64,000 nucleotides of DNA from the NCBI GenBank assembly GCA_040285825.1, contig JAUPSS010000004.1, positions 6,353,784-6,417,783 on the forward strand, read 5' to 3'. The DNA comes from Eukaryota sp. TZLM1-RC (lineage: Eukaryota > Protista > Metamonada: BaSk clade). The notes beneath the pieces were generated by a model. The model was not told the origin of the DNA. It did no database searches and saw only the letters and a list, made by a program, of their open reading frames with translations. Shown in pieces: positions 22,345 through 33,994 of this stretch (the stretch's first letter is position 1; every line of letters starts with the position of its first letter). Position numbers and translations under genes: made by a program.

Positions 22345-25300
22345 TTACATTTCATCATCAGAAGGGGAACGATAAGAGTCTTCTTCCATGCTATCAAAAT
22401 CACTATTTCTGTCATTACTTTCGCTGCCAGAATTAGAAATCTGATTCTCCACGATCATATCTTCAGGAGGACTGGGTGGGCTGTCCGGGATATCGAGCTT
22501 AATGCTGGTTGGGGTAAACGTAAGTAAATCAAGAATGAACTTGCAAAAAACAAAGAGTTTGTCATACTTATTGACTTCTTTTAACTGTTCTTTTTGTTTT
22601 TGGGCCATTATTATTTCTTCCTTTTTCCTTTTCTTTGATTCAATATCTTGCAGCTGCTTTAAGGCAATCTCTCCTTGCTCGCCACCATCCTCAGCGGCTA
22701 ACTGCAGTGCCAATAGAAAATCAGCATCAACTTCCTCTTCTTCTAAAGCTTTTATTTGTTGCTTGGCTTCGTCGTCCATTGTGTCTTCTCCCGAATCCTG
22801 GCTCGGCTTGGAATTAGAAAGAGTGGACAGCGTGGTGAAAATTTTGGTGATGACGGGGACTAATTGGGAATTATACAGATATTTGAGGTCTTTTTCTGAA
22901 AAATTGCAAATAAAGCATGATAAGATTGAAGAAATTTCACACAAAACACCTTCATTTTCATCTTTTAATTGAGTTGAACAAGTTTCCAATAACTTGACCA
23001 AATCTAAAGTATAAAACTTCATTACCGCTTCGTGAAGTTCAACCTCATCATCAGGAAATGATCCAAGCAAAAAATCAGACTTTTCAGGAAATTCATCACG
23101 CTTCTTGATGCTTGGAACATCCAAGAAGAGATCATGTCTAACTTCGGGTTTTGAGGACCAAGCCAAACAAATAGAAAGATATTTCAAAGCACTGGATTTG
23201 GATAGAAAAAATGGCAATTCACAAAATTTGGTGAAATTTTCCAACGCTGCCACCCTTGACCCCTTTAAAAACATTAATGAGTTTAATTTTCCCAGCAAGT
23301 GTCCCAAACTGGAAAGCAAATCATCAACCCAATTCAACTGTGGTAATGGACTGATGCCCGCTCCATAGGCTTTCACCGTGACCTTGTACCCCCAATCAGT
23401 GTTTGATCCATCCGAGTGCCATGAGAAATACAACGTATCAGTTGTTACCTTTACTGGACCAGAAGGATAATCATTTCGAGAAGAACCGGTGTACTTTCCA
23501 ATTTGGGCTTCCCTTTCCGGTTTCTTTGAGATCACCAAATAATCATATCTCCTTTCAGTAGAACTCCTCGGATCAAACTCAAACGTGAGATACTCGGCCC
23601 CGGGAAAGGAAACTTTATCTGTATAGTCCTGGTCATTGCGATAGGGATGAATGACGTTACCTTCAGAATCATGACTTTCCATTATTTTGGTGGCGATCAG
23701 CACAGGAGACGCATTAACGTTCTTTCTAGGAATGCAAAGGTAAAGAGCATCAATTGCAGGTGATAATGGACGAATTGATTGAATTTGATTGATTGATGAG
23801 GTGATTTGATTGATTAAGGGGTTTAAAAGATCAAGCTTTGAAATATTTAGTGACAAAATAACATCAGTTAGCATCGGAAGGAGTGTGAAAATTGGTGTTT
23901 GCTTCAAAAGATCATGCGAAAATTTGGAACTGTCAATATTTGAGAGGAAACAAATTGACTCATCCAACAATATTTGGTAAAATTCAATCAAAAATTCAAT
24001 CAAACCATCATCGACAGGACTTGTCTTGACCTCTGATTGAACTCTAACAACCAAGTTTGAAATTATCTTGTACAAGGCACCGTTTGCAGTCCTATTGAAC
24101 TCAGAATATCTAGAGTTGAACAAACTAAATGAATTTAATAAGAATTGTTTTAACGAGTGAATACCAGAATTATAATTCAAATTATTCTGCTCAAGATGAA
24201 AATTTGAAATTTCCATCGTTGTAGGGGGATAGAAGAGAAAAGAGCTCACGGGGAGATCAACAAGACCTTTCAACATAGAAATTCTAGCAACTTCAGGCAG
24301 CTTTTCGTCAAATATCATTGGTAAGAGGGCAGATCTTGCTCTTAATTGGGGAAAGAAAATCTCAATTGAGGTTTCCAACAAGTGAGCAGTCAACGAGAGA
24401 ATATGGTGATCATCACAAAGACAAAATAATTTGAACATAAAATCTTTAATCTTGGTTAATTCTTCATTAAATGGTTTAAAATCAAACTGATGTCTAATTA
24501 AACTTACCAAATGTAACTGTAACGATTTAAGCAAAACTAAAATAAACTGATCAGTTTCCTTAACTAATGCTTGTTTAATCAAGGAAAAGTCATTTGAATC
24601 AGTATTGACTCCGAATTTTTGGCAGCGGTCCATGAAATTTTTAGAATTCTGATCAATCTCATAATTAGAAATCAAAAATCCAAGAAAGTCTGCAAATAAA
24701 ATGAAAATTTCCTTACCCAAGTCCAACACAAAAGGAATTTGAACATTTGACTCCGAATCACCACTTACCAAGACACATTGAGCAACCGAATAAGCCGAAA
24801 CCAACCGATCAATTTCCATAATTAACCCTTTAGCAAGTTGATGAGAGTCAACAAAATCATTAATGATTGATTGACGCAAAACAGAAGGTGAGTAGAATCT
24901 ATCCGAAGTGTTAAGCACATATTCACAAAGCAAACAGTTGAAATCTTCTTGTTCGACAGTAAACCACCGATCATCATCGTTAGAATAACAACAATTAATA
25001 GAGGGAATTACCCCGGTTTTGGTTAAGGACAAGTCTTTTAATTTTATTATATTGAATTTAATCATTGTTGAATTATTTTCACATGGTAAGAAGATATAAA
25101 GATAAAAGTAATTGCAGATAAAGTTACACTGAATAAACCTCTCTTCAGTCAAATTTGATAGGATAAAATCAGGTGAACTGATTGATAGAGGTTTCCAGTC
25201 AATAATCGAATGTACCTGCCCTTTTTCTGCTGTCCATCCACAAAAAAACCCAATATTACCCTCATTTTCAACTCTTTTGATACAAAATAATGTGTTTTTC

Positions 25301-26397
25301 CTAGTAGTGAAACCAATCACACCATTAGTACATTCAAAATCAAAATCATTCTCAAGTCTATTAAAGTCATGGCAATCAAGAGTAATTAAACTGTCATCAT
25401 GACCCGGACAATAACTAATCACCTTCCCATCAATTTCCCCAATCCAACCCCTGGCTTTTTGACTACTTTCCCTTTTGAACTGATGAAACAACCAGCCTCT
25501 TTCATTGACATTGTTACCAGTACCAAACTTGGAAATACAATGCCCATCATCCACATACACAAATCCGTCACTGGAAAATAAAGAAATTGGATGAGAGAGG
25601 TCAAAATTAACTGGAGAAATTACCTGCCACATTGACTGTTCTGCAGAAAAGCTAGGAACATCAGGATCAGCTGTGGAAGCGTCATCATGGTGAGCGGAGA
25701 GGGTAGACAAGAAGGGCTGGGGATCAAAGGAAGTAAGAGTTGAGAACGTAGAAGAAAAGGAAAGAGAAGAAGGGACAGACAGAAGAGCAGCAATGAAGGA
25801 GAGAGCAATGGAGAGAGAACCGGTGGAGTTTATGATGGAAAGAATAAGAGATGCACATTGGTTGACAGAGGAAGTGGAAAGCTCAGTGAAAGAGGAGACA
25901 AGCTTGGCGAGGTGAAGCCAGGAGGAAGACGGCTCAGTAAAAAGAGATAGAAAAGGCTGGTTCGACAGTAGGTTGGAGATGTCATCAAGAAGGAGAGGAG
26001 CCAGGGCAGGGTCTGATTGAGCAAGTTGAGAGAGCGTATGAGATTGAAGAAGAAGAGAGAGCTTATCAGATGGTGATATTTGAGAGTCTTGTTTAATAGG
26101 TGTAACATTGAAAGAACTGACAGCCATGTCAAGTGAGAGAGCATCAAGTGAAGAATTGAGTGCGGCTTTATAATGTGAATGGCGTAGAGAAAGACGAATC
26201 TCAAGAAGTTTGGTGAAGTGATCATACAGAGAGGAAATTAGGTGGCACTGATCAAAACTGGACTGCTCAGTGCACTCTTCAGCCACGGGAGGGTCCGAAT
26301 CTTTGAGTCTTGAAAACCAAGAACGAATGAACTGAGCATCAAAATGATGTTGAGGTAGAAACTGTGACAGGACAGTTTCAGGTGAAAGAGAAGACAT
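22345..26397 (-). CDS. large protein resembling HECTD4/ZZEF1/MYCBP2-type N-terminal regions, with a CUB-like domain and a UIM-like motif
   Basis: SDGFVY..ISKFGTG..G segment. HPY..DYTDKVSFPGAEYLTFEFDPRSSTE..YDYL..FSWHSDGSNTDWGYK CUB-like domain. EEEEVDADFLLALQLAAED UIM-like motif. First ATG at 26397. Confidence 0.7.
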   Translation of the reverse strand: MSSLSPETVLSQFLPQHHFDAQFIRSWFSRLKDSDPPVAEECTEQSSFDQCHLISSLYDHFTKLLEIRLSLRHSHYKAALNSSLDALSLDMAVSSFNVTPIKQDSQISPSDKLSLLLQSHTLSQLAQSDPALAPLLLDDISNLLSNQPFLSLFTEPSSSWLHLAKLVSSFTELSTSSVNQCASLILSIINSTGSLSIALSFIAALLSVPSSLSFSSTFSTLTSFDPQPFLSTLSAHHDDASTADPDVPSFSAEQSMWQVISPVNFDLSHPISLFSSDGFVYVDDGHCISKFGTGNNVNERGWLFHQFKRESSQKARGWIGEIDGKVISYCPGHDDSLITLDCHDFNRLENDFDFECTNGVIGFTTRKNTLFCIKRVENEGNIGFFCGWTAEKGQVHSIIDWKPLSISSPDFILSNLTEERFIQCNFICNYFYLYIFLPCENNSTMIKFNIIKLKDLSLTKTGVIPSINCCYSNDDDRWFTVEQEDFNCLLCEYVLNTSDRFYSPSVLRQSIINDFVDSHQLAKGLIMEIDRLVSAYSVAQCVLVSGDSESNVQIPFVLDLGKEIFILFADFLGFLISNYEIDQNSKNFMDRCQKFGVNTDSNDFSLIKQALVKETDQFILVLLKSLQLHLVSLIRHQFDFKPFNEELTKIKDFMFKLFCLCDDHHILSLTAHLLETSIEIFFPQLRARSALLPMIFDEKLPEVARISMLKGLVDLPVSSFLFYPPTTMEISNFHLEQNNLNYNSGIHSLKQFLLNSFSLFNSRYSEFNRTANGALYKIISNLVVRVQSEVKTSPVDDGLIEFLIEFYQILLDESICFLSNIDSSKFSHDLLKQTPIFTLLPMLTDVILSLNISKLDLLNPLINQITSSINQIQSIRPLSPAIDALYLCIPRKNVNASPVLIATKIMESHDSEGNVIHPYRNDQDYTDKVSFPGAEYLTFEFDPRSSTERRYDYLVISKKPEREAQIGKYTGSSRNDYPSGPVKVTTDTLYFSWHSDGSNTDWGYKVTVKAYGAGISPLPQLNWVDDLLSSLGHLLGKLNSLMFLKGSRVAALENFTKFCELPFFLSKSSALKYLSICLAWSSKPEVRHDLFLDVPSIKKRDEFPEKSDFLLGSFPDDEVELHEAVMKFYTLDLVKLLETCSTQLKDENEGVLCEISSILSCFICNFSEKDLKYLYNSQLVPVITKIFTTLSTLSNSKPSQDSGEDTMDDEAKQQIKALEEEEVDADFLLALQLAAEDGGEQGEIALKQLQDIESKKRKKEEIIMAQKQKEQLKEVNKYDKLFVFCKFILDLLTFTPTSIKLDIPDSPPSPPEDMIVENQISNSGSESNDRNSDFDSMEEDSYRSPSDDEM

Positions 26398-26789
26398 TTG
26401 GGATACCAGGGTATGAAAATTTACTATTGTGAATTTCACTTATCATGCATTCCCTTGTGAAATTCACTCCTGTTTTCAACTTTCGACTGGTTTTCTGCGT
26501 CTTCGACGGGGCATTTTTTAGTGCCCTTCAACTGTATTTCTTTGGTTTTGTTGGCATCAGGCTCACTTTTCATTTCTTTTTTTAATCGTCGTTTCTTTTT
26601 CGGTGGTTCATCCAGCTCATCTGTGTTTTCTGAGTCATTATTGTTACCTTCAGGGGTCGAAAGCAGTTCTTTACCATTATTTTTCCATAAAAATTTCTAA
26701 ATCTATTTTTCAAACTTTTTCTGTTGATTTTAAATATTTGGTAAGGACATTTTTTTTTCGTATGAATGATTTATTTCAATAAAGAACTA

Positions 26790-27040
26790 TACGACAAAGT
26801 TGAAATTCTATATCTTCATAACCCAAATCAGCCAAGAAGAATTGACTGGAAGTTTTTCTTTCACAAAAGCGTCCAAGAGATAACAAAGCTGAGGATAAAA
26901 ATGAAATATCACCTTTGAAAATTGAAAAGACAATTCTGTTTTGCCAAAAGCTCTGGTCAAAAACTCCTCCAATACGTTGTTTCACGATTTCAACAAATTC
27001 ATCCAAGAATGATGAAACAAGAAGTCCAAGCGAACCATGG
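26790..27040 (-). mobile_element. CRE-like LINE 3' fragment
   Basis: GSLG...FWQNRIVFSIFKG...YEDIEF. Confidence 0.75.
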
Positions 27041-27069
27041 TAAGGACAATGTGTGAATTTTCGTTTCAG

Positions 27070-27573
27070 ACATGTATTTTCGATGAACTTTGTTTTGGAA
27101 GATGATCCTTCAATAAGTGGAAATTTTTTTCACAGAGTGGAAAACATGTGAAGGTACCTCAACAAATTTAGAACCATTATAAGAAGCTAAAGGTATTATT
27201 TTCAATTTCTTCCAGCAATGCATATGAGAAGAAAAGTGAGTAAATATTGAGAAATTTTAAGATCAAGAGAACAGCCGCACCAATTTTCTATAATATGTAG
27301 TAATTGGCGTTGGTTTTTGGAGGTGGATGGCTTTGGAAAAAAACCGGTGGTGATAACGGTCATAAAAAGATACCATACAACCTGCTCCACTGAGGCTCTA
27401 GATGCCAACGAAAAATTCAGAAGAAAAGATTGAAGCAAAAAAAAAGCTTTATGACCAATCTCGGTGACCAAAGGAAGGTCAGCCCGAATTTGTTGCACTG
27501 CTGCAGGGGTCAGCAGCGAGTTAAGTGCAAAAGACCGAGTGAATACACGTGACACAGAGAAGGTGTCTGACAT
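27070..27573 (-). pseudogene. possible Fanzor1 N-terminal remnant
   Basis: TRSFALNSLL..IRADLPLVTEIGHKAFFLLQSFLL, then after a frameshift LKIIPLASYNGSKFVEVPSHVFHS. Resembles the N-terminal and 'lPl...fv.id' segments of Fanzor1. No RuvC visible. Confidence 0.35.
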
Positions 27574-27789
27574 GTAGTGGGAATAAAGAGCTCATCTTTC
27601 AAATTTTACACTTGTCACCCCATTTTCGACTTCTGGTTGCCTGTTCTGGGAGGTTTTCACTATTCCGACACTTTCCCCTCAATTCATAAACTAGGTTCTG
27701 ATTTCCCTCACTTACCTCTTGTCCAAGTTTTAAGACTCCCTGTGTACTCTTTCTGCCGGTTTTTCTACTCATCTTTGATTCATCTTTAC

Positions 27790-28136
27790 CTTATACCTAT
27801 TCAAACTGAAGTTACAAAGAAGAAAGTCTCTGGTATTACTTTTTCTCCTCTTAAAGAAGCCTATTTTCATGGTCTTTCATCAGAAGGAGCAAAATGGGAT
27901 GTTCAAGCTGGTTGTCTCGCTGAATCAGAACCCCAGCTACTTTTGGATGAAGTTCCAGTGTTTTATTTAAAGACCACGACCTTGGATAAACGAACACAAA
28001 ACACCAAGGAATTTTTCAAGTGTCCTGTCTATTCAACATCCATTGGGGCCCTAGTTTTGTTTGGACGTTTTACCTTCGTACCGGAGCTCCAGCTTCTCAG
28101 TGGAGGCTTGCAGGAATGGCATTGTTATTGAGTTAG
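27790..28136 (+). pseudogene. dynein heavy chain C-terminal fragment
   Basis: AYFHGLSSEGAKWD...LAESEP...CPVYST, then a frameshift and FVWTFYLRTGAPASQWRLAGMALLLS*. Confidence 0.8.
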
Positions 28137-28299
28137 TTTCTTGTATTATTATTTTAGAAGAACTAAACTGTATATTAAATAAACTTATGGTTTATTTCCT
28201 ATTATTTAAATGGATTCAGAGTATGAGCAGAGACAACTTTGTTAGCTTCCCGATAAGGAATTAACACCAGTGATGGAGTCACATCAGCAGTCTTTGTTG

Positions 28300-28770
28300 T
28301 TATTATGTTGCTGTAATGATACCCAATATCCGAACAATACCCAGCAGATGCTTGGAATGCCCTTAGTATTTCCATTTAACAATGTGGATCATCTGTATTG
28401 ACCTAAATGTAGAAGTGGTCTTGGTTTTTCTGTTCTTACCCTATTGTAATTCGCTTAAAGAATATCAAATTCAAAAATTCCACATTTTGCAAAATTCTTT
28501 GAACAAGTCTTTTAACAAGTCCGATGAGACCATTTTATCAAAGTAGGCCGAATCATTGACTAATCTGAAGTAAAAACTAAAATTCAAACCTAAATCTAAA
28601 ATTCATCCACAGTAAAAAGGGAACAAAATCATTACTTCCTGTCAATCTGCGATAATTAGATCACTCCAAACATTGTACATCATTCTTCTACCATATCGGA
28701 GCCCCCCAAATTTCGTAACATCACAGGACCTTGATGGAGAAAATTTACTAAAAATATCCTGTAAGTGTTC
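28300..28770 (-). mobile_element. highly eroded Ty3/gypsy-like RT remnant
   Basis: LQDIFSKFLHQG and EILRAFQASAGYC resemble gypsy RT and connection-domain motifs. Confidence 0.3.
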
Positions 28771-28774
28771 TTGA

Positions 28775-29075
28775 ATTTAAAGCTAAAAAAACATAGAAAA
28801 TATGACAAAGATATCGAAGAAGCTAATGCTGATAAAAATAGACCACTTGTTATTATTGCTTTCCCATTCTCGATAAACTGAAGACTATCAGTAGAAGCAG
28901 GAACTTTTTTGAATGATTTCCAAAATATGGTTCAAGAAAAAACAATGAAAAGATTTGATATCTTTGTAAGGCGCTCTCAAATTCAATTTGCCATTATTAA
29001 TAGATTGATTCAATTTTTCAATCGAATTAGAGAAGCTTTAGCGAAACATTAAGCAGATCAAGGTTCCATGAATTT
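28775..29075 (+). mobile_element. CRE-like LINE 3' fragment (second subfamily)
   Basis: High nucleotide similarity to 42680-42970 (+) and to the reverse complement of 43320-43610. Confidence 0.75.
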
Positions 29076-29289
29076 CGTCCCATTAGTTATGATTTTATTT
29101 TGTTAAGTGTGTAAGTTCTTTAAATAAATAACAATTTGGTAAGAAAACAATTGTCACACGGTGATTCAAACAACTCAATTTAAGTTGAGCCGAGTCGAGT
29201 CCAGTCGATTTAATTATCTCTTATGAACATGATTAAAGGACTTAAAATATGAACAGAATTGTAACAAAACAATTAAAGAAAGTTTATTC

Positions 29290-29760
29290 CAATGATATAT
29301 CCTCACAAACGCTTTGGTGTAACATTCTCTGAATTAAGTCCAGGCAAGTTAAAGTTTTGGAAGTCTAAAGCACTTCTTGACTCAGTAAAGAAAATTCCGT
29401 TTGTCCATGCTTTACTGTTTTGCCGATTTAAGAAGTTGAAAATAAACCAGCTTTTAAAAGTAACTGAAACTCAGGAATCAATCATTTCTGATTGTCTATG
29501 TACCTTTCGTTTTCAGTGAGGTCTATACAGTCAATTTAGTGCAAATATTGTGACGTATTTATATGAAAGCATTTCAACCCATCCATTCAAAAGATACCAC
29601 AAGTTTTTGGCCAATTTTCAAACAATGATCAATCGATAACTGCCTTTTGAACAGTTTGTTTTTTGTAACCTTGTAATTTATACATTTGAAAAATATTTAT
29701 TGCAAATGGGGAACCAAACTTACTCTTTCACACTTGTTCAAAGGCTGCAAACTTATCGCT
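29290..29760 (+). mobile_element. eroded CRE-like LINE fragment
   Basis: Ends in CKWGTKLTLSHLFKGC, like the CxC..TLSH..C knuckle of the other copies. Confidence 0.45.
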
Positions 29761-30463
29761 GAGATGAAAATCATGCCAGTTGTAGTTTGTATAGCATTGA
29801 ATCCCTTGTTATTTTTTTTGAAAACTGTTGATGGTTTGATATTTGTATTTGTTAGTGCGAACAGTGTTCATGAAAAGACCTTGAATTAAACAAACTTAAG
29901 AAATATTTCCTTATAGAAGAACCCAATCATGTGAGAAATGTTGAAGCCCAAATTGTTCTTCTAGTGATCGTTTTGACTGTCGTAGGTGGTGTACTCATGT
30001 TGGCAATATTTGGTAATTTCCACGAATATTTCAAAATTAATGTTGCAAGCTCTGTGGTCTGGTACAACACATTGGTTAGACATTGTTGTTGTGAGTCATA
30101 CTTATGCTGGCGTTAAAGACCCCTTGTTTTTCCCTGTAAGTTTTTGTAGACGAATAACCAATACATTAATAGATCAACACTGTGTTAGAGTTAATCTTTT
30201 ACTCCAAGCACAATATTTCTTTTATAATTCAGATGCAACAAGTGTTCACAAGTACAATGTGATGACACGTCACAATGACATGTTTGTGGAAAAAATTGTG
30301 AATTGAGAGACTTCCTAGTTTCTCAAACAAAAAATTGAATTCAGGCCAGAAACAACAATCAGAATATTGTAATATTTGAGTTGATTTTATTAATTGTCAA
30401 AATACTTGCTATGCTGAATGTAATTATTCTAAAGTACATGTGCAATGAAAAACTAAAATTAAT

Positions 30464-31436
30464 TTACAGATTTATTAATTGTTTGAAGGACATCCACTCA
30501 TCTGGAGCAACCATCCAAGGCTTGAGTTCTGTACCATTCCTTAGAGCACTGCAAACATAACTATGAAGTGTTGGAAAGGCCTAAGATAAATAAAATAAAA
30601 TTAATACATACTCTCTTAAAGTCGACACGACATTTTGGACCTAAGTATTGTGAAAGTTTTTGTACCAAGGCAAAATCCTCAGTGTCGGTGTGTCCATCAT
30701 TTTGAATGGCTAAAAGGGCAAAAGCTGACAAACGATGAGCTGGCAGTGAAGGTTTTGGTTTTCTTGGAGTTGGAAGTGATTGGATTTTCTTGTATGAAGA
30801 AAGATCTCCAGATTGATTAAAGCTGGAAACTGATTTGATTGATTTATGTGATTGACTTAATGACTGGCGGTTTTTAACTCTTGGAGTTGCATTTTTCGTT
30901 GATCCATAAACCACAGAATCTAACAGTGAAGACTTGCAGACAACTGAACTCGGGGTCGAAATATCCAAATTAGCTAAATCTTCCAATAAAAGACTATCAT
31001 CCGCATCTTGATTCAGCAAAGTCAATTCACCTGGTTGTGAGAATCTGAATGCCGAGTCTTCAGTATTGTCATTAAGCGAGACAGACGGACTAACGGGTGG
31101 TGAAAGATCTGCTTCGGAAGGAGAAAGTGATTCTGAAAGTGTGCTAAGAACAGTGTTGGTCCCAAAGAGCTCATCACTTGCTGGACTGTCTGATGGAGAT
31201 GGATCTGGTGATTCAGAAATGGTGATATTGGAATGTGGTATTGAAGAGCGTTTAGGTGGGGTATCTGTTATAGAAGGACTCCTGTCACGTGAAGTAGAAT
31301 GTGATAAGGGAGACAGCTGGTGTTTTGATGTCAGTGTCTCCAAAGAACTGACACGACCATTCAAAGAATTCAGTAGCTGTTCAACTTGATTGAGAAGTGT
31401 CTGGTTTACATTGTGGTCGTCAGAGCTGCTAGTCAT
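30464..31436 (-). CDS. Ser/Pro-rich hypothetical protein with N-terminal coiled coil (1 intron)
   Basis: Intron 30581-30611 (GTATGT...TTTATCTTAG) extends the ORF with AFPTLHSYVCSALRNG...LINL*. Confidence 0.7.
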
Positions 31437-31508
31437 AATTTTGCCTAAAACTAGTCAAGAAGACACTGATACAGAATTGAAATTGTTTTATTTGTAGATT
31501 CACTTCAC

Positions 31509-31835
31509 ATGGAGACTTCCAAAACTGATGAAAAGATAAGGATTGCTCTAGACCCTGAGGACCACTCTTGTGCGACCTTCATTATTTCACACGAAACCCA
31601 CACCCTCGGTAATGTTCTACGTAATGTCATATCGAGAAGACCAGATGTAGACTTTTGCGCTTACAGCATACCACATCCAATTGAACCTATCATGAATTTT
31701 CGCATTCAGACTCGCGACAGTGTCAAACCTTTAGATGTTATGCAAAGTGGTCTTTCTAACCTCAAAGAAATGAGCAACATTGTGTTGGATAAGTTCAATG
31801 CTGCTTTTGAAGAAGAAATATCCATGGAGCAATAG
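31509..31835 (+). CDS. POLR1D: RNA polymerase I/III subunit AC19 (RPAC2/RPC19)
   Basis: ETHTLGNVLR...VDFCAYSIPHP..MNFRIQT. Confidence 0.9.
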   Translation: METSKTDEKIRIALDPEDHSCATFIISHETHTLGNVLRNVISRRPDVDFCAYSIPHPIEPIMNFRIQTRDSVKPLDVMQSGLSNLKEMSNIVLDKFNAAFEEEISMEQ

Positions 31836-31977
31836 TTTGTTTTTGCAGTCTGTATAGCATGTTTTCACCATTTAGTCATTTTATTTAACTAAATCATAAA
31901 TATTATTGATAATTTAATAACAATTAGGTTGATAAACCATATATATCTACAAATACCTTAAAAAGGTTACAAAAAAC

Positions 31978-33437
31978 TTACAAAACATGACGGTACTGGG
32001 CCACACTGGAGGTCTTTGGGAAGGAATTGTGGAAGGAGGGTAAATGATTATAAAAACTCTTGGTTCTGGAAACTGCATCGTCATCAAAACGTCGCCTACC
32101 AATCAAATCTGATTGATTAGGAATCTGTGTAATGCCTGCATCTGAAATATTTGGCAAATGTTGCCTTGGTGAACCTATAGAAAGAGACGGAGTTTCTCTT
32201 AAACCCCGTCTCCTATTAACAGAAGGGGAGACCCATCCATGGTGTTGAAGTCTTGATGTAGACGTGGAAGGAAAGAGGGAAGGGGTTTCTTCATGGGGGG
32301 ATCCTTGCCTCGTTCTATTCCTCGACCTGCTATCTCTCACTGTTGTACAAGGTGGTTTTTCTTCGTTTCTGAAAACAACATCTTTCCTTCTCTTTCGTTG
32401 TCTGGGTTCAGTAACAGGTTCTGTGTCAATTCGCAAATCGCAAGAATCTGGTCTCATAGAAGCCAAGTACTCCTCTTCAATCCCTTCGAAAAATGGATGA
32501 TTCAATGCATCCTCTGCTGAAATTATCTTGCCTTCATCCAAATCCAACATTTTTTGTAGTAAATCAACCCCAACAGGAGTGAGGACAGGAAGCAACCGTT
32601 TGAAGAACTCATCTCGATTGGTCTGTCTGCGTCTATGAGCCCTAGACGTGCTCCTGAATGCGGGATGTCGTAGATATGAATCGCGTAAACAAGAAGGAAG
32701 GGGGCCTATAGAAGAAGCAATGAGATTCATCTGGTCAACATCACTGTCTCCTGGAAAGAGTGGTTCGCCAGTCGCCAGTTCTGCCATAACACAACCGGTC
32801 GCCCAAATGTCCACAGCGGAGGTGTAGGGAAGTCCGAGGAGAAGAGAAGGGCTGCGATACCATCTTGTACTAACGTATTCTGTGAGTGCTGAATTGCGAT
32901 TATTGACTGTTCTCGCAAACCCAAAATCACAAAGAAGTAGCGTATCATCATTAGTGACTAACAGGTTTTCCAGCTTTATATCTCTATGAAGTATTCCATT
33001 CTGGTGAACCCAGGAAAGCGCTTTTAATAATTGATAAGTGAACCATCGAACTTTCTTGAGACCAAGCCCTCCCCTTGACGATTCCAGTACTTCAAGCATG
33101 TTACGTTCAGCGTAGTTAAACACGAGATACAATCTTCCTTTCCTGCGAAAGGCTTCTATAAGTTTAACAATGTTATTATGTCTGAGCATTCGGAGTAACT
33201 TAACTTCACGGAGAGTGGTTTTGCGAGTGTTTTCATCATCATGATCAGTGTTTTTGAACTTTTTGATAGCTACTGTTTTGCTGGTTTCTTTGTTTCTACA
33301 TTTCAGGACAACTCCATAGGCACCTGAAGTAAGCATGTTGAAAAGAAGGGAAAACACGGAAAAGCAAGATGCAGATCCGGCAAGGAAATAAGCGTACCTT
33401 CACCGATGACACTCAGAATCTCGTACTGAGCGAGCAT
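31978..33437 (-). CDS. CDKL-family Ser/Thr kinase (1 intron)
   Basis: Exon 1 MLAQYEILSVIGEG, intron 33324-33397, then AYGVVLKC, VAIKKFK, HRDIK, CDFGFAR, TEYVSTRWYR. Confidence 0.9.
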
Positions 33438-33994
33438 ACGGAAGCAAGAAGCAATCAGAAAGGGTGTAAGACCCAATAAGAGGAGAAGTGTAGTGCGAAG
33501 ACCGTTTTCCTGAGATTTTTTAGAAATTCAATCAATTTCTCTATCCTAAATGAACCCTGGAGAAAACCATAAGTCGAAATGCTGTACGACACGTGTGGAT
33601 AAGGTTTGTCAAGTGGCATAAAGATTGTTAGTGTTCATCATCTACTGATATTTTATGTTATTATTGATTAGCTACTTGCTTTAATTGTGATGTATCCAGG
33701 ACAATTCCACAGAAATGATACTATCAATAATGATTGAAGTTTGTTAATAATAATTGAGTTCTGCGAAACAGGGAAAAGATTTCTGTATGTATGTTATCAT
33801 GAAGCTTCAGTTGTTTTGATGAACACACAACCATCCTTTCATGAACAGCAGTTATAAATCCTCTATTAATGAGAAAAACATTAAAACAGCCAACAAAAGA
33901 TTCACATATTTACACTGTTGTGGCAGCATGTCAATGTTAAAACATTAAAACCAAATAATTAAGCCATATTTATTTCTATGCAATACAAATCCAA

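Noticed and set aside
22502-23368. Antisense ORFs within long genes (here and inside CCT6 and the RNF213-like gene)
   Set aside because: Shadow ORFs of real coding strands with no independent motifs
27545-27576. ACAGAGA box suggesting U6 snRNA
   Set aside because: Lacks the downstream AGC triad and internal stem-loop, and lies at an ORF start on the other strand
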